Shown here: in pieces, positions 33,644 to 48,628 of the stretch
How positions within the stretch are numbered: position 1 is the stretch's first letter
How the letters are laid out: every line of letters begins with the position of its first letter
Assembly: GCF_009914755.1 (NCBI RefSeq)
Contig: NC_060937.1
DNA: 64,000 bases
Reading direction: 5' to 3' (one strand)
From: the human T2T-CHM13v2.0 reference genome, Homo sapiens
Made by a program: the position numbers and the translations under genes
The notes under the pieces: model-generated
Told to the model about the DNA's origin: nothing
What the model saw: only the letters and a program-made list of their open reading frames with translations
Database searches by the model: none

Positions 33644-34392
33644 CAGCAGCAGCATCTCCTGTTCTCTTCCCTCTCCACACACACCCCTGCAGGCTCTCTT
33701 ACAATGAGATGTCTGTACATAAACGCAGTGTTGCCTTTGCCACGTGGTTTCCAATCTGATCACACTTTCAAAATTTTCTCTACAGAATTTAGTTGTGGGG
33801 AACTAGAGACCCAAACAAGTTGCTTCAAAAAGGGGAATGAGGTATGCACTAGGCACCCTGCTACCTCCTTCAGTTCTTCCAGGGGCATCCAGTCTCCTCT
33901 CGGCTAGCAGCCCTTCTGCTTCTTGCAGTGGGCTTATTCTCCTCTATGGCTCCAACAGCTAGGCCAGCTACCTCATGCGCTGGCCTGTGTGAGGCCACCA
34001 GGTCACCCTGGGGCCTTTCTGCTCCTTGAAGTTTTACTCTGTGCTCCTGCTGCTCGCCACCCTGTCTTCTGATCCTTTAGATCTTGAAAAGCAAGGATCT
34101 GACTGGCCCAACGCATCTTTCACACCAGGTGATGAGATGAATGTCCCAGGCCAGCTTAAGGCCTGGGACCCCTGGGGTCAGGTGTGGTTGGAGAGGAGGG
34201 GAAGGGACCCAACAGGCTGCTGAGTTGCAGGGGCTGCAAGTAGGACAGTTCCCCCTTAGCAGAGAAAGGGTGTGGAAGACATTCTCAGGCTCAGCCTGTC
34301 AAAGAAAATCTTGAATATTTTGGTCTCCTGAGCTGATCTAGAAGAAAGAACCAGTATCCGTTGTTTTCATCTAAAAAAAAAATCTACATGAC

Positions 34393-34452
34393 CTCTCTCT
34401 TCTCTCTCTGGTTTTCTCACACACACACACACAGATACACACATATATACAC
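34393..34452. repeat. (CT)n/(CA)n microsatellite
   Basis: Seen directly. Confidence 0.8.
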
Positions 34453-34804
34453 CTCAGTGCCTTCTTTTCATTTCAGCCTGGCACGCTGTTAACACTTTTG
34501 GTGCGTTTTTATTCCCAGAAAGATGGCGTTTCTGTCCTACCTTTCAACTCCACAGAGAACGCATGTGAAGTTGCTTTTCCTGTGACTGTTGGTTTTGTAA
34601 GTCGTACTCACCAGGTCCACATTTACCCGCCTATGGCTTATAACTGCAACATCTGATGACTGGATTAGATCACTTGCAGGGTGTCTTTCAGCTCTAAAAT
34701 CTGTGGTTCAGCAGCTCATGAGAAATCGGACCCTTAGTTCCTTAGACACAAGCAAAGCTGCCTGGTCTTTCAACTGGAAACCTTTTGAGGCAAAGCTGTG
34801 TCAC

Positions 34805-34823
34805 CAGTGCCCTCTCGTGGGCA
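34805..34823 (-). promoter_or_regulatory. CTCF motif
   Basis: Minus strand TGCCCACGAGAGGGCACTG versus consensus TGGCCACCAGGGGGCGCTA, in non-repetitive sequence. Confidence 0.6.
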
Positions 34824-34891
34824 GATCTGAGACCCACAGTACCTTGAAATTACAAAATTGTAGCAACACTCAGATAATGATTAATGTTTAA

Positions 34892-35296
<405 letters not shown>

Positions 35297-35479
35297 GTTT
35301 GTGGGTAGAAATTAGGGATGCAGGGTGTGGGTAACTGTCGGGGCAACTGTGTGTGTGTAGAAAGAGGGCACTATGGATGGAACCCACAGCCTAACTTAGT
35401 TTAGTCCTGCTTCTTTAACGAGATCCTCTGGGGTTCCAGTTAGGACTTTGTTTGCTAGATGACAGAAATGTTCTATATT

Positions 35480-35838
<359 letters not shown>

Positions 35839-36729
35839 TCAAAACTTCATCAGACAATACACTTAAAATGGTTATATTTTATTCTATACAAGTTATACTT
35901 CAATACAGTTGATTTTAAAGTTCTGTGTGTGGTTTCTGAAAAAAAGTCACTTGGAAATCCACATGGACATCATGAAGATTTGTGGGGGAATAAATTGTAT
36001 ATAATTAGAGTATCCAATTTTACGGTTTAGAGTGTGATTACAACAAGATGTGATTTCTTTCACTATTGATTTGCCTATTATAGAATTTCATGTAGATGGA
36101 TTCATACAGCATGTTCTTTTTTGCTTCTGGCTTTTGGATTTATCAGCAGTTTGTTCTTTTTATTTCCAGTAGTATCCTATTGTATGAATATAACAAGATT
36201 GGTTTATTCATTCTGTTAATGGACTTTGGGGTTTTTTTTCCAGTTCTTTTGGATAAATATGCAGGAGTGGAATTTCTAGGTCATATGGTGAGTGTATGAC
36301 CAACTGTTTCCCAAAGTGTTTGTGCCATTTCATATTTCCACCAGCGATGCATGAGTTCCTATTGCTCCAGATCCTCGCCAGCATTTGGTATCATCAGTCT
36401 TTTAAGTTGGGGACCTTTGAGAGGGTGTACAGTGGTATCTCATTGCAGCACAGGCAGAACTTTGAAGCTCAAAAAGTAGGAAGAAAACATGCAAGAATGT
36501 ATAGAAGACAGGTTAAGCTGATGAATATTACCATGGTCTGCATTATGCTGAGCTAAAATAATTGATTTCCAGCAACTTCTCAGTCTGGACCGGGAGAGAG
36601 AATCAAGGACTTGTGGTGTCTTCACTGGGTTGCTGGCCCAAGTGATGGCTCATCCCATATCTTGGGGCAGGTTCAGGAAGGATTCTGATTGAGATAAGGA
36701 GAATCAACCCAACTAATGGACAGGAGTAA

Positions 36730-37089
<360 letters not shown>

Positions 37090-38239
37090 TAACATACAGC
37101 TCTTAAGACCGGGCGTCTCCTCCAGGTCTCTGAAGGAGAACTGTTTTCAGAGATAGCAGTTTGATTACTAAAAGCTGTAACTAAACAATATTTCTATAAT
37201 GTACAATCATTTCTATAATGAGCCACTGCTACATAAATAAAGGCTTTTAATGATTGATTGTTGAATTTTGGAAAAGGAGTGCTGGAAAGTAACATTATTT
37301 GGGGGAAACACTTTCCTACACCTCAGGTTTCCATACCAAGCAGGGAATCATGATTCCCTGATAGAAAAGAGGAGGCGGGGGATGTTCCTGGCCCCTTTCT
37401 CCACACCTAGGATATGACAGTCAGGACATTTAACAACCAGTGAAGCATGGTCACCACCAATCAGAAAAGATGCCACCTGGAAGGGGTCTTTGGTGCCCCT
37501 GCCAGGTGCTGTCGCTGGGAGGTCTGAGAGTCGGAAGGAGGGGCTGGAGGCTAGAGAGGATGCTGTTTCTCAGCTGCATGGAAGTATTCCAGTATTGTCA
37601 TCACTGGTACAGCCACACTCATGTGTAGGGGCTGACCCGGGAGGAAGAACGACTTGTCATTCCGGTGAGTTTGGGAGAAGGAACTTGATGGCTGCAGTGA
37701 GCCACCTGGGCTTTCTCTCTGATGTCAGCCTGCCTGCTTCCCTCTCCAGTAACAACAAAGTTTACTGGGCAGTCTCTGCCATGAGATGGAGGCTGGCAGG
37801 AGACTGGAACTCAGACGGTCTGTTTAATTCAAGGCTGAAGATTGATTAAGGCTGCTCAGCAATGCGCCCCATCAGTAATATCCGTCTGATTCATGTGTCT
37901 CTCAATTATTTCCATGTTCAGTGTGGAAGGCAGGACTACAACTAATTTGCACCTCTAAAAACCCAATACTATTGTCAGTGGGACCCCAGGTCCATTTATG
38001 GGAGGAGAACTTTGCTTCTAAATAACCAGTTCTCTATTTTAGACACAAATATCCCTAATAGAAAAAATTGCATAAGATTCTGTAACTCCATGGATGTATA
38101 ATGTAATATCATTCCATTCGTTCTAGTCAGTTTTCAACAATGCAAGCAATTGTCTGATTAACACGTTGGTTTCCTAGAATACCTGATCAGCAGAAGAATG
38201 TGTCCTGTTTATGCAATAAAATTGTGGTGTATAGACAAG

Positions 38240-38647
38240 GGATATGATTTGTATGTGTGGCCCCTCCGAATCTCATGTCGAAATATGATCCTCAGTGTTG
38301 AAGGTGGGGCCTAATGGGAGGTGGCTGGGTCACGGGGGTGGATCCCTCATGATTACCTTGGTGTCATCCCTGTAGTAATAAGTGAGTTCTCACTCTATTA
38401 GTTCATGGGAGAGCTGGTTATTTCAAAGATCATGGGATCTTTCTTGCTCCCTCTCTCACCACGTGACATGTCTCCTCCCCCTTCACCTTCCACCGTAAAG
38501 AAAGCTTCCTGAGGCCTCACCAGAAGCAGATGCTGGCTCCACGCTTCTTGTACAGCCTGCAGAACCATGAGCCAAATAAACCTCTCTTCTTTATAAATTA
38601 CCCAGCCTCAGGTATTCCTTTATAGCAACACAAAATGGATTGACCCA
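38240..38647 (+). mobile_element. MSTB-type LTR
   Basis: aatctcatgtcgaaat...cagaaccatgagccaaataaacctct...tatagcaacacaaaatgga. Confidence 0.85.
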
Positions 38648-39542
38648 GGCCTTATTCACTTATGTTAAAATAGGTAAAAGGCTTTTCATCCAAGGAGCTG
38701 AACGCTTTATTTTGAATAAGCTAAAGGCCCTAAAAAATAAATTATGGAGCATATGGATATTCCAACAAGAAACACAGTAGAAGGAAGGCAATTAAGGGAT
38801 AAATCGCCTTCATGTGTGCTCTTCATCTTCCACTTTTTAGCTGGATGACATTGAGCAGGCACCTCTCTGTGCCTCAGTTGTCTCAACAGTAAAATGGAAA
38901 TAATGAAATCTAATCTTACAGAGTTGTTGTGAAATGTGTATGAAATAAAATATATAATAAAATGTGCATATAAAAATGCTATGTAAAGTTTTAAAATCTG
39001 ATACAAAGTGTATTACAATTCTTATTATACTTTAAAAAATAAAAGAAAAAACACTGCCAGCAGTAGATCGATGATGGAACATTCCTGATGAAGATGATGG
39101 TATTTATCCTCACAGAGCTGATTCCATTGGGTTCCTTCTGTTTTTTCTAGGGTGCTACCCTGGTTCTAAGATCAACTAACCATCCATGTAAGAGGTTACA
39201 TTCTTTAAGAGAAGAAGGAAGTAGTGTGGGGAGGGAAGAGATGAGAAAGAGATGGAAGGAAGAAATAAAAGATATCTGTGTTTCAGGAAGTATAACTCCT
39301 TCCAGTGGCTTGGTACTTTCTCACTACCTGGATGGAAAATGAGTGATTAAGAAAGCATCTCAAATTCAAGATTTTCCCAGTGGTTTGCAGACTTAATTGT
39401 TGTCCCTACAAGAGCTATGAAAACCATATTTTCTCCTCTCATCTTCATACCATTTGGTCCTGACCCTACCCTCCTCCCCGGATTCCTGCTTAGTTGAGAA
39501 TCTCATGCTTCTTTTCTCAGATGATCGAGGACTGAGAACTCT

Positions 39543-39957
39543 GCTGGTCAGTTTTATGTGTTTCCATGGCTGGGCTGTAGTACTCTGCTATTTGATCCAA
39601 CACTAGTGTAAGTGTTTCTGTGGAGGCATTCTGTAGAAGTGATTAACATGCACAATCAACTGACTTTAAGTAAAGAAGATTATCTTGGATAGTCTGGTGG
39701 ACCTGCTCTGGCCAGTGAAAGGCTTTAAGAGCAAAATTGGGATTTCCCTGAGGAAGAAGAAATTCCACCTGTGGACTGCAGTTTAAGCTCAGTTCTAGCC
39801 TGCCCTGCCTGATGGCCTGCCCTAAAGATTTCAGATTTGGCTAGTCAATCCCACAAGCATGTAAGCCAATTCCTTGCAATCAATCAACAAACAAACAAAT
39901 GAATGTGTATGTGTGTGTCCTGCTGGGTCTGTTTCTCTGATAGAACCCTGACTGACT
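39543..39957 (+). mobile_element. MLT2 (ERVL) LTR
   Basis: gttttatgtgt...tgactttaagtaaagaagattatc...gtttctctga..agaaccctgactgac. Confidence 0.8.
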
Positions 39958-40388
39958 CTAGGAAAACAGCCTGTTGCATGGCAAGAGTGACGCCATCTTG
40001 AAGTGGAACTGCCATGATGACAGATATTTGACTCCTGCAGACCAAGGTGTTCTTCAGCAAGATCTTTAAACAACACCTGCGGTGTAGATAATTCCTCATA
40101 AAGATGCTCATCTAACCTCCCCAGTGGTCATTAGTCTTGGCAAGAAAGTCTGAGACGTGATCAGCTGCATGTGTCTCTACCTTAAAAGACTGTTATATAA
40201 ATGATACTTTTTGGAGAGCATGATTTTTGGAGGGGATTCACTGTCTCACGGCTGCCCAAGACATTGCTTCTGTTCCTAAGTCCCTATTAAATGCTTCTGA
40301 GAAACTAGATTTGTCAGCCTTTCTTCAGCCTCTCAGCTCCCTTGGCCTTTGGGGGTTGGTTTGCATAGACCTGTGCACCATAAACCAG
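39958..40388 (+). mobile_element. Second LTR abutting MLT2 (LTR47-like; family tentative)
   Basis: taggaaaacagcctgttgcatggcaagagtgacgccatcttg; TATA-like tatataa and a later attaaa. Confidence 0.55.
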
Positions 40389-41034
40389 TGACCAAGAGCA
40401 GCTTTCTATGCAACTGATGTCATTTTCCTTTTTTACACCCTTACTTATCTGGTGCTTAGTGATGTCACAGCATCAGATAAGGCAGGCACTGGCACAGATG
40501 TCGGCCAAGCCACTGGGGAACAAATTGAGATTTTAACTTTAACTTGATTTTAATGGCAAATCCAAATCTGAGTTTCAATCATAAATCTTTAAGAAAAAGA
40601 CTAAAAATTAAGTGAAAAATGGGCCACAGAACAGGCAACACTCAAAATAATGTTCTATGAACATATGCTAAGATGTTAAATCTCATTTGTAAATAAAGAA
40701 CCGTGAATTACATCAATAACATATCAATTTGTCATCAACCAGGCAAAGGTTTAAAAGAATGATGCTAAATATGTGTGGTTTAGCATATGTCAATTATACC
40801 TCAATAAAGCTCTAAAAAGCAAAATGAAAAAAAAAAGCGTGGTGTTTGGGATACTGCTGAAAAATGAAAATTCTCAGTCACAACCAGTGAGTGTTTGAAT
40901 TGATTCATCATTAGGGAAGGTAATTTGGAAATATTTATTAAAATGTTAATTAGACTCACATTTTGCCCTAGCAGTTCCTTTTCCTAGAATTAATCTTATG
41001 ACAAATTTTCAAACTGGTGCCAAAGGAGTAGCTA

Positions 41035-41400
<366 letters not shown>

Positions 41401-42594
41401 ACACATTCTAAGGAAATAATTAGACCCTTGAATAAAGTTATAGGTATAATATTATACCTTTATAATGGTAAAAAATATTAGGATATTTATAACAGCAAAA
41501 TATTTGGACAAAAATTAGATTGGTCATATGAATTCTGGTAGAACCACAGAATAGAATACGATACAGGCATTAAAATAACTATGCAGATCTACATGAACTG
41601 GCATGAAAAGATATCCAAAAACATTACTGGGAGAAAAAAGCAGTTCACATAATAGAATTTGCTAAATAATCCCCTTTTTAATAGATGTAGGAGAATAGCT
41701 AACAAAACTCATACATTTTCAAAGGTTTGGGATTTTTAGAGTGAACACGAATAACTTTTATAATCAGAAATAGTAATACATTACTTTTCCATTTAGAGGA
41801 GAATTAAAATAAATAACAAATAAATATGGTCCTCCTTCAAGGGGCTTACATGGGAAGCTGCTTTCTGCTGAAAGCAGAAATTTCTCTGAAGCTCTGATAT
41901 ATTGATTTAGGATATCCTGAGGCTCTACCTGACCCCCAAGAGAAATATCTCTCAGGGGCGATTTCTAGGAATAATTGCATCTCTCCTGATTTTAAAACAT
42001 CTGATCTTTATCTCAGGGGCCTGAATCACATAACTGAGAATACTGCTTTCTACATGAGCTGTGAGAAAGTTCAAGGCCAAATTTATGTTCCCTTAGTGAA
42101 CGTAAAGCATTTTGTACTTGCATTCTATATTCTGACATTTCCCCTGAATTCATGGTGTATTTTCTCCTCTTTTTTTATCTTCATCCTGATTTTCTCACTT
42201 ATTTTTACCTTGATCAATGATTCATTCATTCAATAAAGTATATGGAGTAGCTGGTATGTGCCAGAGGAGGCTAAAGCGAATGAAATGTGTGTGCCTTCAG
42301 TTTAGAGGCTACTGAGGGCAGCGGTTGTCAGAAGGGAGCAGATAAGAGAATTGTAACTTCTGTTACATGTTACAATGAAAAGATAATCATGTTGACTTGG
42401 AGACATGTAAGAAGAAGACCCACTGAGTCCAGGGGGAGGGTAGGGGGGTTGAGCTGTGGTCTGAGGTTGGGATGAAGCCCAACATTTGAAGATGGGAAGC
42501 CCTGGGAAGGAACAGTAAACAGTGTCTTCTGAGCTAGGAGTTTAATGCCTTCTAAAAATAGAGAGAAAAATCAGTGTGTGTAGAACATAGCAAT

Positions 42595-43095
42595 CCCACG
42601 GGGTTTGGAGAGCTTTCAGGTTGGTAGATACATCAAGGCGCTGGGAGGGTGCTGCACCCAGAGACAGTGTGGAAGCTCTGCGCCCTCCGCCATACTCCAC
42701 CCTGTGCATCTCTTCCATGTGGCTGCTCCTGAGTTGTATCTTTTATAATAAACTGGTAAATATAGGTACTTTTCTGAGCTCTGAGTCATCCTAGCAAATT
42801 ATTGAACCTGAAAGCAGGGAGGCTTGTGAGAACCTCCAACTTTGTAGCCAAATTAGACAGCAACGTGAGTAGCCTGGGTACCCAATACTTGGGTCCGGCA
42901 TCTGAAGTAAGGACAGCCTTTGGGGGCTGAGTAATTAAACCTGTACAGTCCAACATTAACTCCGGGTAGTTAGTGCCAGAATTGAATTAAACTGTAGGAC
43001 AACCAGTCGGTGTCCTGAGAGAAGGAAAATTGGTCATTGGTGTGGAAAACCCCCACACATTTGGTGTCAGGAGCATTGTGAGTAAAATGTTCAGA
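42595..43095 (+). mobile_element. MER21-type LTR (partial)
   Basis: ggagagctttcaggttggt...gtatcttttataataaactggtaaa...cacacatttggtgtcag. Confidence 0.75.
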
Positions 43096-44662
43096 GATAC
43101 TCAAGATACCCTCAAAAACCTTGTGGTATAATAGGCGAGCCAGACTAGTAATCAGTAAAAAAAAGTGTGTAATAGTATAAATATATACAAGGTATAAAAA
43201 TAATAAAGCAGAAAGAGTAACTAATATTGAGAGGAGTTGGAGAACAAGGCTAAGCTTCGCAGAGGATGGCAATGAAGGGTGAATAGTTTTCCAGGCGAAT
43301 AATGAGGAAAGATTTCCCCTTATGTTTTCTTCTTAATTTTAATGACACAATCCTTCTTGGTTTATGCTTTGAAACACCAACCAAAAATTCAGCAGAAGCA
43401 CCTCTGCAGCTTTAGGATTGTCTGCTAATTGTAACAGCTAGAAACAGTGAAAAGGTGTCCAATGCATACTCACTTCTATTCAAAAAAGATGTGTTTTGTC
43501 CTCACCAGACCAGATACGAGGTTAAACTGGATGAGAGGCCCTCTGAGGTCAACACTGCTTGGACCGGGACAAGGCAAGGGTGAAAGTCATGCCTCTCTCT
43601 GCCATGGGCTTCCTCCTCCCCACTTTCTTCTTCACACTCTATCCACTCCCCCAGGCTGTGAACCAGAGCAGCAAGTGCAGCCTGGCCCTTCTCACCAGGA
43701 TTCAAAGATGCTTAAGCCCCCAAAACCTAACCTAAACAGCAAAAAAAAGCCCAAGTAAATGAGGCTGTGTGCATGTACTTGGACGTGCGTGCATACACCT
43801 ATGTCACTCGGCATACATTACCCTGGTGGCTGTGGACTGGGACCAGGCTCCTGGAAAATTTCCCCCTTTTTAAAAAATCTGTCAGAGTTCACGGTTCAAA
43901 GAAACAGTCACCTGCTCCAGTTGCTTTAAGCAGAACAGAGATTTGTAGAAAGGACATCAGGAGCTTCCAGAATAGCAAGGAAGGTTAAAGAACCATGCTT
44001 GGAAATAATCCGAAATGAGGAGCCAACAGTCGCCAGAACCTCAGGCACAATCACACCACGGCTATGCCCCTGGAATGGGTGCTCCCCAGCCCCGCCTCCC
44101 TGTATCACAAGATCCTGATCTTAGAACTTCCGGGATGCAACCAATCTGTGGTGCCTGGGTTGCCTGCCAGTCCCCTGGCTGCAAAAAAGGTCAGAGAAGG
44201 AAGAAGACTGGAAATTTTTGCATTTATGGTAGGACATGGTCTTGGCTCCCAGCAAGAATCACCAGATTGAAATTTCCCAACATTAGGAAGGGAATTTAGA
44301 TGCTAGGAAGGGGGAAAATAATCATTCACTTCACCCCCCATCAATATTGTAAAGTAAAAATATGAGAGAAAAATCTGCAGTTAAGTTTGGAATAAAGACT
44401 AAGAGGAGAAAGAATTGAGGAATATTTTTTAAATAGCCACGGTTTATGTGGGCACAAAACCATTTTATCCTCACCACAGCTATCTGCTTCCTTTCTCGTT
44501 ATTACACTACAATGTCATCAACTGCATATTTGACTTACTGCAATTTAACCAAAAGCTTGGAGAAAAACAAAGAGAGAAGGAAAAAGAAACAACAACAAAA
44601 AAGGAGGCTGTGCTGTGGAGACAGGCAGACAAGAGCCTGTGGTCCCCTTGGTGGCTCTTGGT

Positions 44663-44732
44663 CCCCATTGCATGTACAGTGCCCATTGCATGTACAGTCC
44701 CCATTGCATGTACAGTACATTGCATGTACATG
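44663..44732. repeat. 18-bp minisatellite (ScccATTGCATGTACAGT) x~3.8
   Basis: Units start at 44663, 44681 and 44699, with a partial unit at 44717. Confidence 0.9.
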
Positions 44733-45150
44733 AGTGTGAAAATAATATCTGAAGACAATTTTTTTTAATTCAACAAATGCAAGTCATCTACTTTTTCTGT
44801 TGTTCAAGTGTTAAAACAGCAATCTATTCCAATGTGAGGAACAGCCTTGCTTTGCTGGATTTATTAATTCTCCATATGTTTATCTCCCATGTGGCTGCTG
44901 CTTAAGAGCTTTTTAAAGGGTAACTTTCTAGTAAGTAATTTTTAATCCGACTTTAGAACTTATATCCCCCAGCACTGAGTGATGCTCCCAGGAAGGTGAG
45001 AGTCCAGTGCTCCTTCTTGTAACAGAGTTTTGTCAATACTAGCCTCAGAACAGCTTCCCTACCACAATTCTATCTCCATCTTCCATGCCATCACCACAGT
45101 TAACTTTCTAAAGGCACAAACATAGTTAGTCCCCTGTTAAAACTGCTTCT

Positions 45151-45546
<396 letters not shown>

Positions 45547-45768
45547 CTAGCTTCCTGTAAAAATGGCAGCCTGAACGTACGTTTACTTTTGCATACTGCT
45601 GAAGTCCCTCTAAAGCAATGGTAGAAAGACTGCTCAAAAACAACAATTAAGGAATTATTCTAAAGACATGAACTTACAAGAACAGAAAGGATGAAGGAAG
45701 AGACATCAGCAACAAAACTTTGGGAGCCGGAATGTCAGTGGAGATGCTGTAACTGACTGCACCATCTT

Positions 45769-45905
45769 TTTTTTTTTTTCTTTCTTTTTTTTTTTTCTTT
45801 TCTTTTTTTATTATACTTTAGGTTTTAGGGTACATGTGCACATTGTGCAGGTTAGTTACATATGTATACATGTGCCATGCTGGTGCGCTGCACCCACTAA
45901 CTCGT
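45769..45905 (-). mobile_element. Very short 5'-truncated young L1 (L1PA2-type) with 12-bp TSD
   Basis: L1 3' terminus (gggtacatgtgcacattgtgcagg...cacccactaactcgt) and poly(T); TSD ctgcaccatctt at 45757-45768 and 45906-45917. Confidence 0.92.
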
Positions 45906-47915
45906 CTGCACCATCTTAACCCCACTTCCCTTTTCTGACGTTTTTCCTCCTCTGTGGGGAACTGGAAGGGGGCAGCTACTGAGATCCCACATGGATCCAC
46001 ACGGACCCAGATGGCTGCAGGGGCTAGGGGCAGGGGCCTGGCATGGGGCATCAGGGTCAGCCCTGCCCCATGCTTTGGCCATCTGGACGCTACAGCAGAG
46101 ACAACATGTCACAACTTCAGGTTGGGGAGGAGAGGAGGTAGTTAACAGAGGAAGTTAACCTAATTGGAATCAGGTTTGGCCAGAAAAAGGCAATAAATTC
46201 TGCATGCGTTTGTGTTTGTGTTTGTAATGTGTGTGTATATGGAGAGTGTTCCCTAGCATGCATCTTTGGGAGACTTCTCCAGGGGGTCCTAGGACTACTC
46301 TGCAAGGGAATGGGAGGGCCTGGTGGCATTTGTGGTATGCAGCCTGACCCACTCTCCTGCCCCCATGGTGTGAGGAAGATGTACTTATTGGAGCATTTTT
46401 ATAGGTCATGCTTTAGAACCAAGTGAGAGCCTGAGGAGGAGCTGGAATCAGAAGGTGATTCTGACTGTTTAAAACTGTCAACTTCGGAGGCTGCAAGGGT
46501 CTCTAGAGTACACACTGGGTCAGGTTCACACCTGTGCTTCCGGAGCAAGGCTGATGCTCAGTGATAGATTTTTAAATTGTCTTCAACTGAGAATTGCTGG
46601 ATACATGAGATCACCCAAGGAGTAAAGATGCAGAAGATGGGCGATGGAGACCTGAAAATTGTGGTCAGTTTTCCAGTACCAGGAGAGCTTTGTGCAGATG
46701 CACATATATCAGCATCCTCAGTTGGCCATGGCCACCAAGAGCAGCTCCCTGAGTAAAATGACTAGCCAAGAGGGTGGCACATGTTCTGTGACTAGTCAGG
46801 ACATGGTCAGAATGTCACTTTAGCTCACAGGCCACCGTGAATGGCCATAGTGCAGGAAAGGTGTCCACCCAGCTTTCTATAGAGTTCAGGGTTGGAAGAA
46901 ACATATAAATATCACACAGGACATATATACAGTAAAAACTTACTCATATATCTCAAGTTCAGTTTAATTAGGTGCCTGAATTTTTATGTGCCAAATCTGG
47001 CCTACTAGGGCTGTGCCACTCCCACACCAATTCTCTCATCCAAAGACGGGGCCCCAGGAAGCTCAGCCGAAATGTGGCCAATCTGGACTCTGACAGTGAA
47101 AGACGGTTGACAGGGAGGTGACTCTGAGGAAATCCAATGGCAACTGACATGTGCTCTGAAGGTGGAAACCACCAGCATTAGGTTTTCATAAGCACTAGCA
47201 CCAGAAGAGAGTAACTGTTCTAAGCTACATCTCGGTGTGCTTTACATTACTGCACTTTCACTTCCATTATCTTGTTGGATGCACACAATCACCCTGCAAG
47301 GTTGGTGTTATGTGCCACTTTCCAGATAAGGGAGCCAAGACGCAGAGATTAAATGAGCTGTCCAAAGTCACTGCACTTGAAAGTGTCTAAGCCACCCTTT
47401 CCATGTAGGTTTCCTGACTGTTAACGGTCCACTCTACATTCTCATGATGCCCATGGGCCAAAACAATCACTCTTTCCTCCCCACGACAACTGATTGAATG
47501 GGAAAGGGTCCCTTAGGAAAGTTGATGTTATTTTTATGGAAGACTCAGAGGGTCAGACGAGCAGGAGGGAGGTATAATGATTCAGATGTGTGAATTATAC
47601 CAGGGCTGAATAAAGAGGTTATAGAGAAGTTATGATTCAGAAAGGAAGGGGGATGGACTAAGGGTAGGCAGGGGAGCTTGGAGGCCAGGGGGAAAAAAAA
47701 CACTGAATTTTATACACAAAGTGATAGACAAGATGCTAAACATACTTTTCATAACTTATATCATTTAATCTGTACGACAACCTTGTGAGACAGATTGTCA
47801 GCATTTTACAAATAGGAAACCGGAGTCTTAAGAAATTTGAGCAACTTATCACAAATCACAGGACTAGAAGTGAAAGGATCCAAGTGCTTCTGGCTCTAAA
47901 TTCTGGATCACTTAG

Positions 47916-48437
<522 letters not shown>

Positions 48438-48547
48438 TAATCCACGGAGATAGACGATCTGATTTATGCTTTATAAACATTCTGGTGTTGTGTGGAGAAT
48501 GGACTATAGAGGGGCAAGTGTGGAAAGAGGAGATAGGAGGTTTTTAA

Positions 48548-48628
48548 TTAGGTTGAACCACACATGAAATTGCCACTTGGTAGCTCAACAATTATAAAAT
48601 AGCAGCAATGCTACGTAGTTCAATCTAA
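48548..48628. mobile_element. MADE2-like ~80-bp Tc1/mariner MITE inside an L2
   Basis: Imperfect TIRs ttaggttgaacca / tagttcaatctaa with a TA flank. Confidence 0.7.

Noticed and set aside
33185-33763. Long overlapping ORFs (192, 147 and 134 aa)
   Set aside because: They are translations of an AluY plus a GA-rich tract; low complexity simply lacks stop codons.
41862-41880. Small inverted repeat tttctgct-gaa-agcagaaa
   Set aside because: An 8-bp stem is expected by chance in 64 kb.
44446-44768. ORFs with repeated peptide units; possible CRISPR-like array
   Set aside because: Simple 18-bp tandem repeat with no unique spacers, in mammalian DNA.
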